DNA of 64,000 nucleotides. It comes from Microcoleus sp. GTDB taxonomy: Bacteria; Cyanobacteriota; Cyanobacteriia; Cyanobacteriales; Microcoleaceae. The stretch is from positions 6,278,703 to 6,342,702 of the forward strand of contig CP181291.1 of NCBI GenBank assembly GCA_052279835.1, written 5' to 3'. The position numbers were made by a program, and so were the translations under genes. This document shows, in pieces, positions 38,312 to 49,002 of the stretch (its first letter is position 1; each line of letters begins with the position of its first letter). Below the pieces are notes generated by a model. The model did no database searches, was not told where the DNA came from, and saw only the letters and a list, made by a program, of their open reading frames with translations.

Positions 38312-40315
38312 ATGAATTCTCAACCTTGGCGCCTGCGACTCACTTGGGTAGATACTGTTACCGGGGATCGGCGCTCCCCCATATTTGACTTACCAATCGC
38401 TTTAGGACGAGTTTTTGAAGCTATGCCTGCTACCATTAATGGCGATCGAGTTTCTCGAATTAGGCTTGGGAGCAGTCAAGTTTCTCGCTTCCACGCCGTG
38501 ATAGCCTCCGAAGCCGAGAGTATTGTCGTAACTGACACTGGCAGTCGCAACGGTACTTTTGTCAATGGGGTGCGCCAAACTCGGTGCGTGCTGGCCAATG
38601 GCGATATGCTACAAATAGGACCCTACGCGATCGGCATTTCTTTTGCGGTTAATTCCATAGAAACACCCTCTGTCAATTCTCATATTTTCTTTAACCCCCA
38701 GACAAATAGCCCAGACTCCGCCATCTTGCAGCCTGCGGTGTCACCACCTTCAGCCAACGTCAGTAGAGGGGAGTTTCCGCCCATGGAATTTTTGCAGGCT
38801 TCCCAGGTAACAATCCGATCGCTCCAATCCATGGGAATGCCCGTAGCAGAGATAGATTGGGCAGCCATTGGAGGCGGTTTGGGCAGCTTTATTTGGGTGG
38901 ATTTGCTCAGAATTTGTGGGGTGAAGAGCGATCGAATTGCCGTTTTGGGCATGGAAAATCAGCCTTACGCCCGCTACCGTCGGTTATGTCTGAATTCTCA
39001 AATTCCGCTCCACGAACGGCTACGATCGAATTCTGACTCTTGTCCAGACAATATTTGGGGTTGGCCTCCCTATGCCCTGCGGGAAGCTGGGCAGGAATTG
39101 CTCAAGGGTCACTTGGGGGTGTCCCTGAAGTTGATGTGGCAGGTGTTTGCGGAACCGACTTTTGCTGAAACTTATACGCCTCGCGCGGGGAATGTGTTTG
39201 ATTCTATTGACAGGGAGGTCGATCGCATTGGCTGGAATCAGATGTTTCGCTATGCTAGGGTGCGGGGAATTCGCAAAACAGATGACGGTAGGTACGCGAT
39301 CGCTTATTCTAAATCCAATGCCCAGCAACGGGAGCACGCTTTTTTGATCGCCAAATACGTGCATTTAGCCACGGGCTATCCAGCTATTCAATTTTTGCCA
39401 GACTTGCAAGCTTACCGCGAAACCACCCAGGATTTTAAGTCCGTGGTGAATGCTTACGAAAACCACGACGATGTTTACAAACAGTTGGAAGCCCGTGGTG
39501 GAAGTGTGTTGTTGCGCGGGCGGGGAATTGTGGCTTCGCGGGTGGTGCAGCGACTCTACGAAGCCAGACAACGCAACCAGAATATTCAAGTATTGCATTT
39601 GATGCGATCGCCCAAACCTGTTGGCAATACCTTTAATCTCGCACAAAGAAGCGTCGAAAATCACTACGAATTTCAACCTTTCAATTGGCCGAAAGCTTGC
39701 TGGGGCGGGGAACTACGGCTGGTGTTGGAAAAGGCCCCAGCGGAATTGATGCCCCAGTTGCTGACAGATTGGGGTGGGACTACTACTGCTAGCCGCAGCG
39801 ACTGGCGACGTATGGTGCAAGAGGGTTTGAGTCAAGGATGGTATCAGATTACCTTTGGGGAAGTGGAGCGAGTTGAGCGCGACAGTCGAAACCGCACGGT
39901 GACTTACATTCGGGAAAAAGAACTCAAGGGACAAATTCAGTTAGAGGCTGATTTTATTATTGATGCTACGGGTTTGGATGCCAAGGTGAAAACCAGTCCT
40001 TTGCTGGAGGATTTGGTGGTGCAATACAATCTGCCCTTGAATGGATTGGGACGTTTGAGCGTGCACAAGGATTTTGAGATGTTCTCCATGCGGAATGCTT
40101 CTGGAAGTAAGGGGGATGGGCGGATGTACGCAGCGGGTGCGATTACTTTGGGTGGTCATTATGCGCCGGTGGACAGTTTTTTGGGCTTGCAGTATGCTGG
40201 TTTGCGATCGGTAGAAAGTCTCGCCAAAGCCAAGGCTCCTGGTGTTCGGAAATTGAGCGTTGTGCGATCGTTAGTACAATGGTTAAAGTGGATTTTCAAT
40301 CAATCTCCAGGCTAA
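38312..40315 (+). CDS. FHA domain fused to FAD/NAD(P)-binding oxidoreductase-like domain
   Basis: LGR, VSRFHA, DTGSRNGT (FHA); IGGGLG, LATG, RGRGIVA, DATG (two dinucleotide-binding folds). Confidence 0.82.
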   Translation: MNSQPWRLRLTWVDTVTGDRRSPIFDLPIALGRVFEAMPATINGDRVSRIRLGSSQVSRFHAVIASEAESIVVTDTGSRNGTFVNGVRQTRCVLANGDMLQIGPYAIGISFAVNSIETPSVNSHIFFNPQTNSPDSAILQPAVSPPSANVSRGEFPPMEFLQASQVTIRSLQSMGMPVAEIDWAAIGGGLGSFIWVDLLRICGVKSDRIAVLGMENQPYARYRRLCLNSQIPLHERLRSNSDSCPDNIWGWPPYALREAGQELLKGHLGVSLKLMWQVFAEPTFAETYTPRAGNVFDSIDREVDRIGWNQMFRYARVRGIRKTDDGRYAIAYSKSNAQQREHAFLIAKYVHLATGYPAIQFLPDLQAYRETTQDFKSVVNAYENHDDVYKQLEARGGSVLLRGRGIVASRVVQRLYEARQRNQNIQVLHLMRSPKPVGNTFNLAQRSVENHYEFQPFNWPKACWGGELRLVLEKAPAELMPQLLTDWGGTTTASRSDWRRMVQEGLSQGWYQITFGEVERVERDSRNRTVTYIREKELKGQIQLEADFIIDATGLDAKVKTSPLLEDLVVQYNLPLNGLGRLSVHKDFEMFSMRNASGSKGDGRMYAAGAITLGGHYAPVDSFLGLQYAGLRSVESLAKAKAPGVRKLSVVRSLVQWLKWIFNQSPG

Positions 40316-40335
40316 AATTCCCCATCAAAAATCCG

Positions 40336-40764
40336 ATGACTCCTACCTTATTTGGTCGCTGGCAAACTCGAATCTTATTATTTGCAACTGTAGGCGTTTT
40401 AGCAACACTGCCTTTTTTTATGGGTTTAATTGGCTCCCAATCAGGAGCCATATTTTTCTGGATTTTAGCCTATGTAGGCATCTTTGGCATGGGTTGGGAT
40501 ATTTTATATATCTACATTCAACATTTCCGTTGGGACCGAGATTGGCCTGGTGCTTTTCAATTGCTGGCGGGAATTTGGGAAGCAGTTTTTGTGTTATTTT
40601 TAATCAAAATTGTCGGTTTACCGGGCATACCTCCGCAGGATTTGGAATTGGGGGCTTTTGGTTTGCATTACAGTTTTGTCTGGCTAGCGATTTATGTGGC
40701 TTCCCAAACATTAATGCGGATTTTGTTTCCCTACTGGCGTTTTCGTGGCGGCCAGTGGCTGTGA
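40336..40764 (+). CDS. Conserved-looking four-TM membrane protein
   Basis: MTPTLFGRWQTR start, RWDRDWP, WRFRGG end; co-oriented 20 bp after the FHA gene. Confidence 0.8.
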   Translation: MTPTLFGRWQTRILLFATVGVLATLPFFMGLIGSQSGAIFFWILAYVGIFGMGWDILYIYIQHFRWDRDWPGAFQLLAGIWEAVFVLFLIKIVGLPGIPPQDLELGAFGLHYSFVWLAIYVASQTLMRILFPYWRFRGGQWL

Positions 40765-40856
40765 CTATCTAGGAACACGGGCAACTGCTATATTTGCACA
40801 AAACTCCTAAAATTTGCCACAATATGATAGAGAGCTACCTAATTTTATAATCACTA

Positions 40857-42341
40857 ATGATCGCCATAGAAACAGAACGAACAGAACGCAACTGGAAACC
40901 CGTTATTCAAGAATTTGAGGCTATACTGGGCAAAAACGGCGTTGTCAAGCGCCGGGAAGAATTGCTGGTTTATGAGTGCGATGGACTCGCTAGCTACCGC
41001 CAGCGACCGGCCTTGGTGGTATTGCCACGAACTACGGAGGAAGTGGCACAGGTGGTCAAAATATGCGATCGCCACTCAATTCCCTGGGTAGCCAGAGGTG
41101 CTGGTACGGGGCTTTCTGGCGGTGCTTTACCAGTGGAAAACTGCGTATTAATTGTCACCGCCATGATGCGCAAAATCCTGAAAGTAGACTTAGAAAATCA
41201 GCAAGTAGTCGTACAACCAGGAGTAATTAATAACTGGGTAACTCAAGCAGTTAGCGGTGCCGGTTTCTACTATGCACCAGACCCTTCTAGTCAAATAGTT
41301 TGCTCCGTTGGCGGCAATGTTGCCGAAAATTCCGGTGGCGTTCATTGCCTCAAATACGGAGTCACAACTAATCACGTTTTAGGATTAAAATTGGTACTGC
41401 CCGATGGTTCCATTGTGGATGTGGGCGGCGAAATTCCTGAGATGCCCGGTTATGATTTAACTGGTGTATTTGTCGGTTCCGAAGGCACTTTGGGTATAGC
41501 TACAGAAGTTACTTTGAGAATTCTGAAAGCCCCGGAATCTATTTGCGTTCTTCTGGCTGATTTTTCCAGTATAGAAGCCGCGGGAGAATCGGTTTCAGAT
41601 ATTATCAGCGCTGGCATTATTCCGGGTGGCATGGAAATCATGGATAACATCAGCATCAATGCTGTAGAAGATGTTGTAGCTACAGGCTGCTACCCCCGTG
41701 ATGCGGCGGCAATTTTGTTAGTAGAAATCGATGGTTTAGAGGTAGAAGTTGCAGCAAATAAACAGCGAATTACTGATATTTGCAAGCAGAATGGAGCGCG
41801 GGAAATCACCACAGCCCATGACCCAGAAACCCGGATGAAAATTTGGAAAGGACGGAAAGCAGCCTTTGCCGCAGCAGGTCATTTGAGTCCTGATTATTAT
41901 GTACAAGATGGTGTAATTCCCCGCACACAAATGGCATTTGTTCTCAAGGAAATTGAGGGTTTAAGTGAAAAATACGGCTATCGGATTGCGAATGTTTTTC
42001 ATGCGGGAGATGGGAATTTACACCCGCTGATTCTGTACGATAATTCCGTGGAAGGAGCGCTGGAAAAGGTCGAGGAATTGGGTGGAGAAATTCTGAAACT
42101 TTGTGTGAAAGTCGGAGGTAGTCTTTCGGGAGAACACGGTATTGGTGCTGATAAAAAATGTTTTATGCCAGATATGTTTTCGGAGGTAGATTTGGAGACG
42201 ATGCAGTGGGTACGCGAGGTGTTTAATCCGAAGGGTTTGGCGAATCCGGGAAAGATGTTTCCCACTCCTAAAAGTTGCGGAGAGGCGGCCAGGGCCAAGG
42301 TGGACACTGTGAAGAATTTGGATGGTGTTGAGGTGTTTTAA
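40857..42341 (+). CDS. glcD: Glycolate oxidase subunit GlcD (FAD-linked)
   Basis: RGAGTGLSGG, PDPSS, GSEGTLG, HAGDGNLH, GEHGIG. Confidence 0.92.
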   Translation: MIAIETERTERNWKPVIQEFEAILGKNGVVKRREELLVYECDGLASYRQRPALVVLPRTTEEVAQVVKICDRHSIPWVARGAGTGLSGGALPVENCVLIVTAMMRKILKVDLENQQVVVQPGVINNWVTQAVSGAGFYYAPDPSSQIVCSVGGNVAENSGGVHCLKYGVTTNHVLGLKLVLPDGSIVDVGGEIPEMPGYDLTGVFVGSEGTLGIATEVTLRILKAPESICVLLADFSSIEAAGESVSDIISAGIIPGGMEIMDNISINAVEDVVATGCYPRDAAAILLVEIDGLEVEVAANKQRITDICKQNGAREITTAHDPETRMKIWKGRKAAFAAAGHLSPDYYVQDGVIPRTQMAFVLKEIEGLSEKYGYRIANVFHAGDGNLHPLILYDNSVEGALEKVEELGGEILKLCVKVGGSLSGEHGIGADKKCFMPDMFSEVDLETMQWVREVFNPKGLANPGKMFPTPKSCGEAARAKVDTVKNLDGVEVF

Positions 42342-42444
42342 TATCAAATCTGTTGACATCGGAATTATTATTTCTCTCTTCTCTTTCTCTGTGTCCTCTG
42401 TGTCCTCTGTGGTTTAATAATTCCGGTTGTATCGGAATTAATAT
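42341..42444. repeat. MITE-like element (atatcaa..atcggaat family)
   Basis: Terminal arms similar to 46473-46612 and 9633-9736. Confidence 0.65.
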
Positions 42445-42572
42445 AAGTTGTGATTGCTGCTATTGGTAGTGAGGACTTTCGTCCTCTCTCTCTCGGTGTT
42501 GAATTACTCAGGGACTAAACTCCTGAGTAAAAACCACTTTGACCATCGTCATTGTTTTTGGTCAGGCTTGAT

Positions 42573-44489
42573 TTATTGTTTGATAGGGATTCTGATAATA
42601 AAGGTTGTTCCTTTCCCTAACTCGGAAATACAATCTAATTCTCCTTGGTGTTTTTCTACTACTATTTGATGGCTAATTGACAAACCCATGCCCGTGCCTT
42701 TCCCAATGGGTTTTGTAGTAAAAAAGCTATCAAATATGTGCTGTTTGACTTGTTCGCTCATTCCTGGGCCACTGTCGGTAATGGTGATTTCTGCAAAATT
42801 GGGTGCAGGGAAGCGATCGCCAACCGTATCCATCAATTTAGTGCTAATCTTAATCTGGCTGGGATTGCCTCGGTTTTCTGCTAACCCTCGCTGTTGATTC
42901 CAATCATCTAAAGCATCGATCGCATTACTGAGAATATTCATGAATACTTGGTTGATTGGCCCCGAAAAACATTGGACAGCGGGTAAATTTCCGTATTCTT
43001 TGATGATTTGAATCGGTGGTATTTCTCCTTTTCCTTTCAAGCGGTGATTGAGAATTAACAGCGTGCTGTCAATCCCTTCATGAAGATTAATCGGTTTCAT
43101 TTCTGAATTGTCGTTTCGCGAGAAGTTTCGCAGGGATTTGACAATTTGGGAAATGCGCTCAACTCCCACATTCATGGAAGATAGTATTTGCGGTAAGTCT
43201 TCAGCTATAAAATCAAGTTCCATCGCCTCTGCTTCTGCTTGAATTTCTGCTGCGGGTTCGGGATATTGCTGCTGGTAAAGTTCGAGAATGTGTAGCAAGT
43301 CTTGAGTATAGTTCTTCAGATGGCCGAGATTGCATGAAATGAAGCTGATGGGGTTATTTATTTCGTGGGCGACACCAGCAATGAGCAATCCCAAACTTGA
43401 CATTTTGTCACTCTGCACTAATTGGCTATGAGTTTCTTTGACTTCCTGAAGTGCTGCTGCTAATTTAGTAGCTTGTTCTCTACTTTGTGCTTCGGAAATC
43501 TGCAAATCTTCCTCAGCTTTTTTGCGATCGGTGATATCTCTCTGGACACCGATAAAATGAGTTAGTTTTCCGGTGCGATCGCGTACTGGAGATATGGACA
43601 AAGCATTCCAGAAAGCCGTTCCATCTTTGCGATAATTTTTTAAAATTACTTGACATTCACTTTGGGTTTGTAAGGCTTGGCGAATTATTTCTAAGGCTGC
43701 TGGATCGGTATCAATTCCCTGCAAAAAACGGCAGTTTTTGCCCAGGATTTCCTGCCGTTGATAGCCTGTGATGCTTTCAAATGCGGGATTGCAATATACT
43801 ATCGGATGTTCGGGTTTAGTCGCGTCAGAAATCACAATGCCGGTGCTAGTAGCCGCCATAGCCCGATCGTACAACCAGAGGATTTCTTGTGTGCGTTTGC
43901 GATCGGTAATATCCCGCAACGTAGCCAAATAAGCTATTTCCCCTTCCCATTCCGTTTCCACCACCCGCATTTCTACCACAGCATTTTCTTTGTCCTTGCG
44001 AATAGCTTTCACTTCTGTTTGCACGACACGCATTCCTGTTTTATCTGTATTTCCAACTTGGGGAATAATATCTGCCTCCATCTCAAGATCGCAGGCAGAA
44101 CCTTCTACTACCAAAACACCAAAAAACTCTTTCCCTAAAAGTTCCTCCGCCTTGCAGTTAAACAGTGCTTCTGCCGATGGGTTGACAAAGGCAACAAATC
44201 CTCGTTTATTGACAATTGCCATGCCATCTGCATTTTTTTCGATCGCATTCCTAAACCTCGATTCACTAGCTCTTAAATCTTGCTTTAATTGTTCCATTGC
44301 TTTTTCCATCTGCTGCAATTCGCACAAATTAAAACTATAAGCTTCTGACATTTGACTAGGTACTGAACTATTTGCTACACCTTTTGATACTAGATATTTG
44401 GAACTCAAGCCACTATTTTTTGCTACTGTGTTTGATAAAATGCTAATATTATTGCTAGGATTGCCTTGCTCTGTATCTTTAGAAAACAT
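42573..44489 (-). CDS. PAS-LOV histidine kinase
   Basis: GKNCRFLQG and FIGVQRD (canonical LOV); HEINNP; GTGMG. Confidence 0.93.
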   Translation of the reverse strand: MFSKDTEQGNPSNNISILSNTVAKNSGLSSKYLVSKGVANSSVPSQMSEAYSFNLCELQQMEKAMEQLKQDLRASESRFRNAIEKNADGMAIVNKRGFVAFVNPSAEALFNCKAEELLGKEFFGVLVVEGSACDLEMEADIIPQVGNTDKTGMRVVQTEVKAIRKDKENAVVEMRVVETEWEGEIAYLATLRDITDRKRTQEILWLYDRAMAATSTGIVISDATKPEHPIVYCNPAFESITGYQRQEILGKNCRFLQGIDTDPAALEIIRQALQTQSECQVILKNYRKDGTAFWNALSISPVRDRTGKLTHFIGVQRDITDRKKAEEDLQISEAQSREQATKLAAALQEVKETHSQLVQSDKMSSLGLLIAGVAHEINNPISFISCNLGHLKNYTQDLLHILELYQQQYPEPAAEIQAEAEAMELDFIAEDLPQILSSMNVGVERISQIVKSLRNFSRNDNSEMKPINLHEGIDSTLLILNHRLKGKGEIPPIQIIKEYGNLPAVQCFSGPINQVFMNILSNAIDALDDWNQQRGLAENRGNPSQIKISTKLMDTVGDRFPAPNFAEITITDSGPGMSEQVKQHIFDSFFTTKPIGKGTGMGLSISHQIVVEKHQGELDCISELGKGTTFIIRIPIKQ

Positions 44490-44893
44490 CTTTAATCCCT
44501 CTCACAAATTTTAAATTAAATTAAGCTTTTGAAATGGCTTCCTGCTCAATAATCTTGAGCGAGAGTACAATTTACCAGAGATACTAGCACACGGATTCGA
44601 GTAATCATGCAAAATTATTATTAAATAAAGTTAAGGGAAATTTTTAACTTTGACTGTTTGCTCATTATCTATCATCACCCATCAGCTATTTTTAAGACTA
44701 TTTAAAAAACTACTCAACATAAATTAGTATAGTTTTATGAAGATATTATGAAGATATGTGGGGATTAGCCAGCTCATCATTAATTTAAAAAATTAAAAAT
44801 AATCAAAAATTGGCCGTGATTAAATTTTAGCGATGCAGCCAAAGTTGATCTAGAATATAACCTGTCTATTTTTGCGATCGCAACTTCAAACCA

Positions 44894-46438
44894 ATGGCAC
44901 GTCTAGCACTTCTGAGCGTCTCCAACAAAACCGGGCTAATTGAGTTAGCACGGACTTTAGTAGCAGAATTTGAATTTGACATCATTAGCAGCGGCGGAAC
45001 AGCAGCAGCTCTCAAAGCAGCAGGAATCCCCGTCACCAAAGTTGCAGAATATACCGGTTCTCCCGAAATTTTGGGAGGGCGAGTCAAAACCCTCCACCCA
45101 CGCATCCACGGCGGTATTTTAGCACGTAGGGATGTATCAGAAGACCTCACAGATTTAACCGAAAATCAGATTCGCCCCATTGATTTAGTGGTTGTCAATT
45201 TGTATCCATTTGAACAGACAATTGCCAAGGATGGAGTTACCCTAGCAGAGGCCATTGAGCAGATAGATATCGGCGGACCAGCCATGCTGAGAGCATCGGC
45301 AAAAAACCACGCTCATCTAACAGTTTTGTGCAATCCAGACCAGTACAATACTTATTTAGAAGAACTGCGCCAAAACGGAGGCGCAGCTTCCTTAGAATTT
45401 AGGCAAAAATGCGCCCTAGAAACCTTCAAACATACAGCCAACTACGACAGCGCGATCGCCGCTTATCTCAGCAGTCAATCCCCTGAAAATTCCTCGCCCA
45501 TCACCGAGTTTAATGTTTCAGGAAAAGAGCTGCAAACTCTGCGCTATGGCGAAAATCCCCACCAAGCAGCAAGCTGGTATCAAAGCGGAATTACACCCAC
45601 AGGCTGGACAACTAGCACTATCCTACAAGGTAAAGAATTAAGCTACAATAACCTAGTAGATTTAGAAGCAGCAAGGAGACTAATTGTCGAATTTCCCAAC
45701 AGTCCAGCGGCGGCTATTCTCAAACATACAAATCCCTGTGGTACAGCCTTGGGAACCACTATTTCTGAAGCTTATCAAAAAGCATTTGACACGGATTCAG
45801 TATCGGCTTTTGGTGGCATTGTGGCACTAAATCGCCCGATTGATGCAGCTACAGCCACAGCATTAACTCAGACATTTTTAGAATGTGTTGTCGCTCCTGG
45901 ATGCGAACCGGAAGCAGAAGAAATTATCAAGAAAAAGGCAAAAGTGCGAGTGTTAATTTTGCCAGACTTGACCCAAGGACCTCCGCAAACTGTTAAAATA
46001 ATTGCTGGTGGTTTGCTGGTGCAAGACTCAGATAATGTAGTAGAAAATACGAGTAAATGGCGCGTAGTTACTGAGAAACAGCCGACAGCACCAGAGTTAG
46101 CAGAATTGCTGTTTGCTTGGAAAGTCGCCAAACACGTTAAATCAAATGCGATCGTGGTGACGCGAAATAGCACGACAATCGGTGTTGGTGCGGGACAAAT
46201 GAATCGTGTCGGTTCGGTTAAACTAGCTTTAGAACAAGCGGGAGAACAAGCTAAAGGAGCAGTTTTAGCTAGCGATGGTTTCTTCCCCTTCGATGATTCG
46301 GTAAAAACGGCGGCGGCTGCGGGAATAAGTGCGATCGTCCAACCGGGAGGAAGTATGCGCGATCGAGATTCGATCGACTGCGCCAACCAACTCGGAATCA
46401 CAATGGTTTTCACCGACGTGCGCCACTTTTTGCATTAA
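44894..46438 (+). CDS. purH: Bifunctional AICAR formyltransferase / IMP cyclohydrolase
   Basis: GRVKTLHP, IDIGGP, RYGENPHQ, KHVKSNA, RHFLH. Confidence 0.98.
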   Translation: MARLALLSVSNKTGLIELARTLVAEFEFDIISSGGTAAALKAAGIPVTKVAEYTGSPEILGGRVKTLHPRIHGGILARRDVSEDLTDLTENQIRPIDLVVVNLYPFEQTIAKDGVTLAEAIEQIDIGGPAMLRASAKNHAHLTVLCNPDQYNTYLEELRQNGGAASLEFRQKCALETFKHTANYDSAIAAYLSSQSPENSSPITEFNVSGKELQTLRYGENPHQAASWYQSGITPTGWTTSTILQGKELSYNNLVDLEAARRLIVEFPNSPAAAILKHTNPCGTALGTTISEAYQKAFDTDSVSAFGGIVALNRPIDAATATALTQTFLECVVAPGCEPEAEEIIKKKAKVRVLILPDLTQGPPQTVKIIAGGLLVQDSDNVVENTSKWRVVTEKQPTAPELAELLFAWKVAKHVKSNAIVVTRNSTTIGVGAGQMNRVGSVKLALEQAGEQAKGAVLASDGFFPFDDSVKTAAAAGISAIVQPGGSMRDRDSIDCANQLGITMVFTDVRHFLH

Positions 46439-46472
46439 TATAGCAACCTCCAAGGCTGTTAAGATGCCAGTG

Positions 46473-46612
46473 ATATCAATTTCGGTTGTATCGGAATGAT
46501 TTAACCGCGAAGGCGCCAAGGACGACCCCCCCCTGCCCCCCCCAAGGGGGGAAAGAGGAAGAGAAGAGAGGATTTTATATGATATCAATTTCGGTACAAC
46601 CGGAATTGATAT
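46473..46612. repeat. MITE-like element with TIR atatcaattt(c)cggttgta
   Basis: Inverted ends, internal aaccgcgaaggcgc motif and poly-C/poly-G hairpin. Confidence 0.75.
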
Positions 46613-46615
46613 CCA

Positions 46616-48934
46616 TCATTCTCTCTCTTCTTTCCCATCCTCTGTGCTCTCTGCGTCCTCTGTGGTTCCTTCCATCTTTCCCCCATCCACATAAACTTTG
46701 GATGAGTGACGTTGCGAGGCAGCTTTTTGCAACATTTTCAACTTTTCTGGGTCAGCATTCGATCGCCAAAACAAGCTATGACCCTTAATTTTTACACAAT
46801 TTTCCTCCAAACAATTCTGCCATTCCTGATGCTTCTGAACTAAGCAACTATCCAGAATGCCTAATTTTTGTTCTTGGCGAGTAAGTTTATCGAACTTGGC
46901 GTAATGGGGATAATTAGGAGTGACAAATGCTTCTTTTCTGACTAAAATAGGCGGGTTAGATAAATTATAAAATTTCTGATATTTTACCGAAAGGTCGCGT
47001 AAATCTATGTGCATGACAGTGTGCAATGCGGGATGGGGATTAGCATCAAAATCAGGATAAAATAAATAGGAAATCTGAGGTTTATCAGCGTAAAATTTGA
47101 TAATTGTAGCACCGTCTAGACGACCAATGGTACGGTTAGCTAAGCCTTCATAGAGCCGCAATAAAGGGTCTAGTTCTGCTAATGCAGAGACGTGAACTGA
47201 AAGGGAACCTGGTTGTTTGTAGCCGATCGCACTATCTTCGCAACAATCACCAATAATCTCACTTTTCCCCAAACTATATAGCATTAAATCTGCCAAAATG
47301 CAAGCTTTTTGATAATTATCAAACAAACCTTTGATGTCGTTACGAATTTGAGCGGGGAGTTGACGAAGAGAAGGTCGATCGCCCAAACCGTTGAGAGCGA
47401 GATATACTAACAAATCCTGGCGGCGTTTGTCGGCGATTGTCTCCCAATCATCCGCATCCGTAGCTTGCAAAATCACCCTCCAAGCCCGATTAAAACTGTG
47501 AAATTCCCCCTTAATCGCCGCTTCTGAAGCTAATTCGCCTTTGACGGGAAGGCGGCCGCGATCGCTCACAAAAGCCATCAAAGGAGCCAGAATGTCGGCG
47601 TAATCTTCAAAACGCTTAACTTGCGATCGCACTCTAGGTGTCAATAAGTGCGATCGAAACCGAGAAGCCCGAAAACCTTCACCTGTAGCCACATCCCGAA
47701 ACACAAAATAAATCCCCAAAGCCACAGGAATTGCATCAACATTTAAAACTTGATCGATATAAATTTTCAACTCTTCCTGTTCGTAATACTTCTGAAAAGT
47801 ATTGCGAGAAGTAATCACCCCATCCCCATAAGCAATTTGACCTCTATCCGTATCATCAATTAATACCTGAGCCGCCACCACCAATATTTTTTTAGTCAAT
47901 TCCCAAGCATTCAGCAAAGCTTCTCGCCGTTCCCCCAAAGACTCAATGACATTAATCACATAACCAATATTCACAATATCTGCCTGAACTAGCACAGTAT
48001 CTGGTTGATAATAAGGGTCCCATCCCGAAGCAGCATAACCTTCTTCAGTAATATGTTTAATATCCCCACCATAACCACAACCATAATCAAAAAAAGTATC
48101 GCCATCAATAAATAAATCAGCTTCTAAAACCAAACGCACAGGTTTAGAAAGAGAGTTTCGCAGCATCGCAGCCTTGTGTCGCTCAATCTTCGGCATTGAT
48201 AACTGACTATTCTCCTCTTTCTCACGTTCAACCACAGCATGATCTTGAATTTTCACACCGCAATAGCCCAAATATTTCAACCAACCTTCGCGAGTTCCAA
48301 TAACGCTAGTATTGTCAAGGAGTCCCCATTTTTCTTCGGATTTAGTCAGTTGAGCAAACTTCTGATAATGGGGATAATCTGCCGTCACAAAAGTTTCTTT
48401 ACGGTGCAAAACTGGTGGATTTTCACTAGCGCTGTAGTCCATACATTTAACTTCTCCGGTTTCCAGATTAATTTGGATACTTTTTTGTAAAGCCGGGTGA
48501 GCATCCGTATCAAAATCTGGGTAAAAAAGATAAGAAATTTTCGGTTGACGAAGCTGAAATTTAATGACAGTTGCTTCATCAATATTTGGGATATTTTGTC
48601 GGGCACATTTTTCATAAATTCTCACAACAGGATGGAGTGCTGCTAAAGCCGAAACATGAACATAAAAAGCCGTGGGTAATTTTTTCCCAACTGGGCTTTT
48701 CTGACAACAGCGAGTCACTTCTTCCACCAGAAACTCCACCCCAACTCCCTCGTTACCCAGAATCACCTGATTTTCTTGATTACCAGGCTCTACCTGCTCT
48801 TGATGCAGTAAAAATTCCCGATAAAAAGCCATGAGAGGTAAAGGTGTCAGTAATTCGGGATTATTTTCTAAGGGTGCGATCGGGGAAATACTGTTGAGTT
48901 CGGATTCATAAGTCATAGCTAAAATTAATGCCAT
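46616..48934 (-). CDS. DNA phosphorothioation-associated putative methyltransferase
   Basis: FDYGCGYGGD SAM motif, GWDPYY, NIGYVINVIE, TFQKYY; duplicated ISYLFYPDFD..HPAL..NPP.L.RKE domain. Confidence 0.85.
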   Translation of the reverse strand: MALILAMTYESELNSISPIAPLENNPELLTPLPLMAFYREFLLHQEQVEPGNQENQVILGNEGVGVEFLVEEVTRCCQKSPVGKKLPTAFYVHVSALAALHPVVRIYEKCARQNIPNIDEATVIKFQLRQPKISYLFYPDFDTDAHPALQKSIQINLETGEVKCMDYSASENPPVLHRKETFVTADYPHYQKFAQLTKSEEKWGLLDNTSVIGTREGWLKYLGYCGVKIQDHAVVEREKEENSQLSMPKIERHKAAMLRNSLSKPVRLVLEADLFIDGDTFFDYGCGYGGDIKHITEEGYAASGWDPYYQPDTVLVQADIVNIGYVINVIESLGERREALLNAWELTKKILVVAAQVLIDDTDRGQIAYGDGVITSRNTFQKYYEQEELKIYIDQVLNVDAIPVALGIYFVFRDVATGEGFRASRFRSHLLTPRVRSQVKRFEDYADILAPLMAFVSDRGRLPVKGELASEAAIKGEFHSFNRAWRVILQATDADDWETIADKRRQDLLVYLALNGLGDRPSLRQLPAQIRNDIKGLFDNYQKACILADLMLYSLGKSEIIGDCCEDSAIGYKQPGSLSVHVSALAELDPLLRLYEGLANRTIGRLDGATIIKFYADKPQISYLFYPDFDANPHPALHTVMHIDLRDLSVKYQKFYNLSNPPILVRKEAFVTPNYPHYAKFDKLTRQEQKLGILDSCLVQKHQEWQNCLEENCVKIKGHSLFWRSNADPEKLKMLQKAASQRHSSKVYVDGGKMEGTTEDAESTEDGKEERE

Positions 48935-49002
48935 TTCTTAATTTTGAGCCTATTGTATACCAACTTCATCAAATTTCTGGATAAATTAGAGTTTGAGAAG
49001 CT

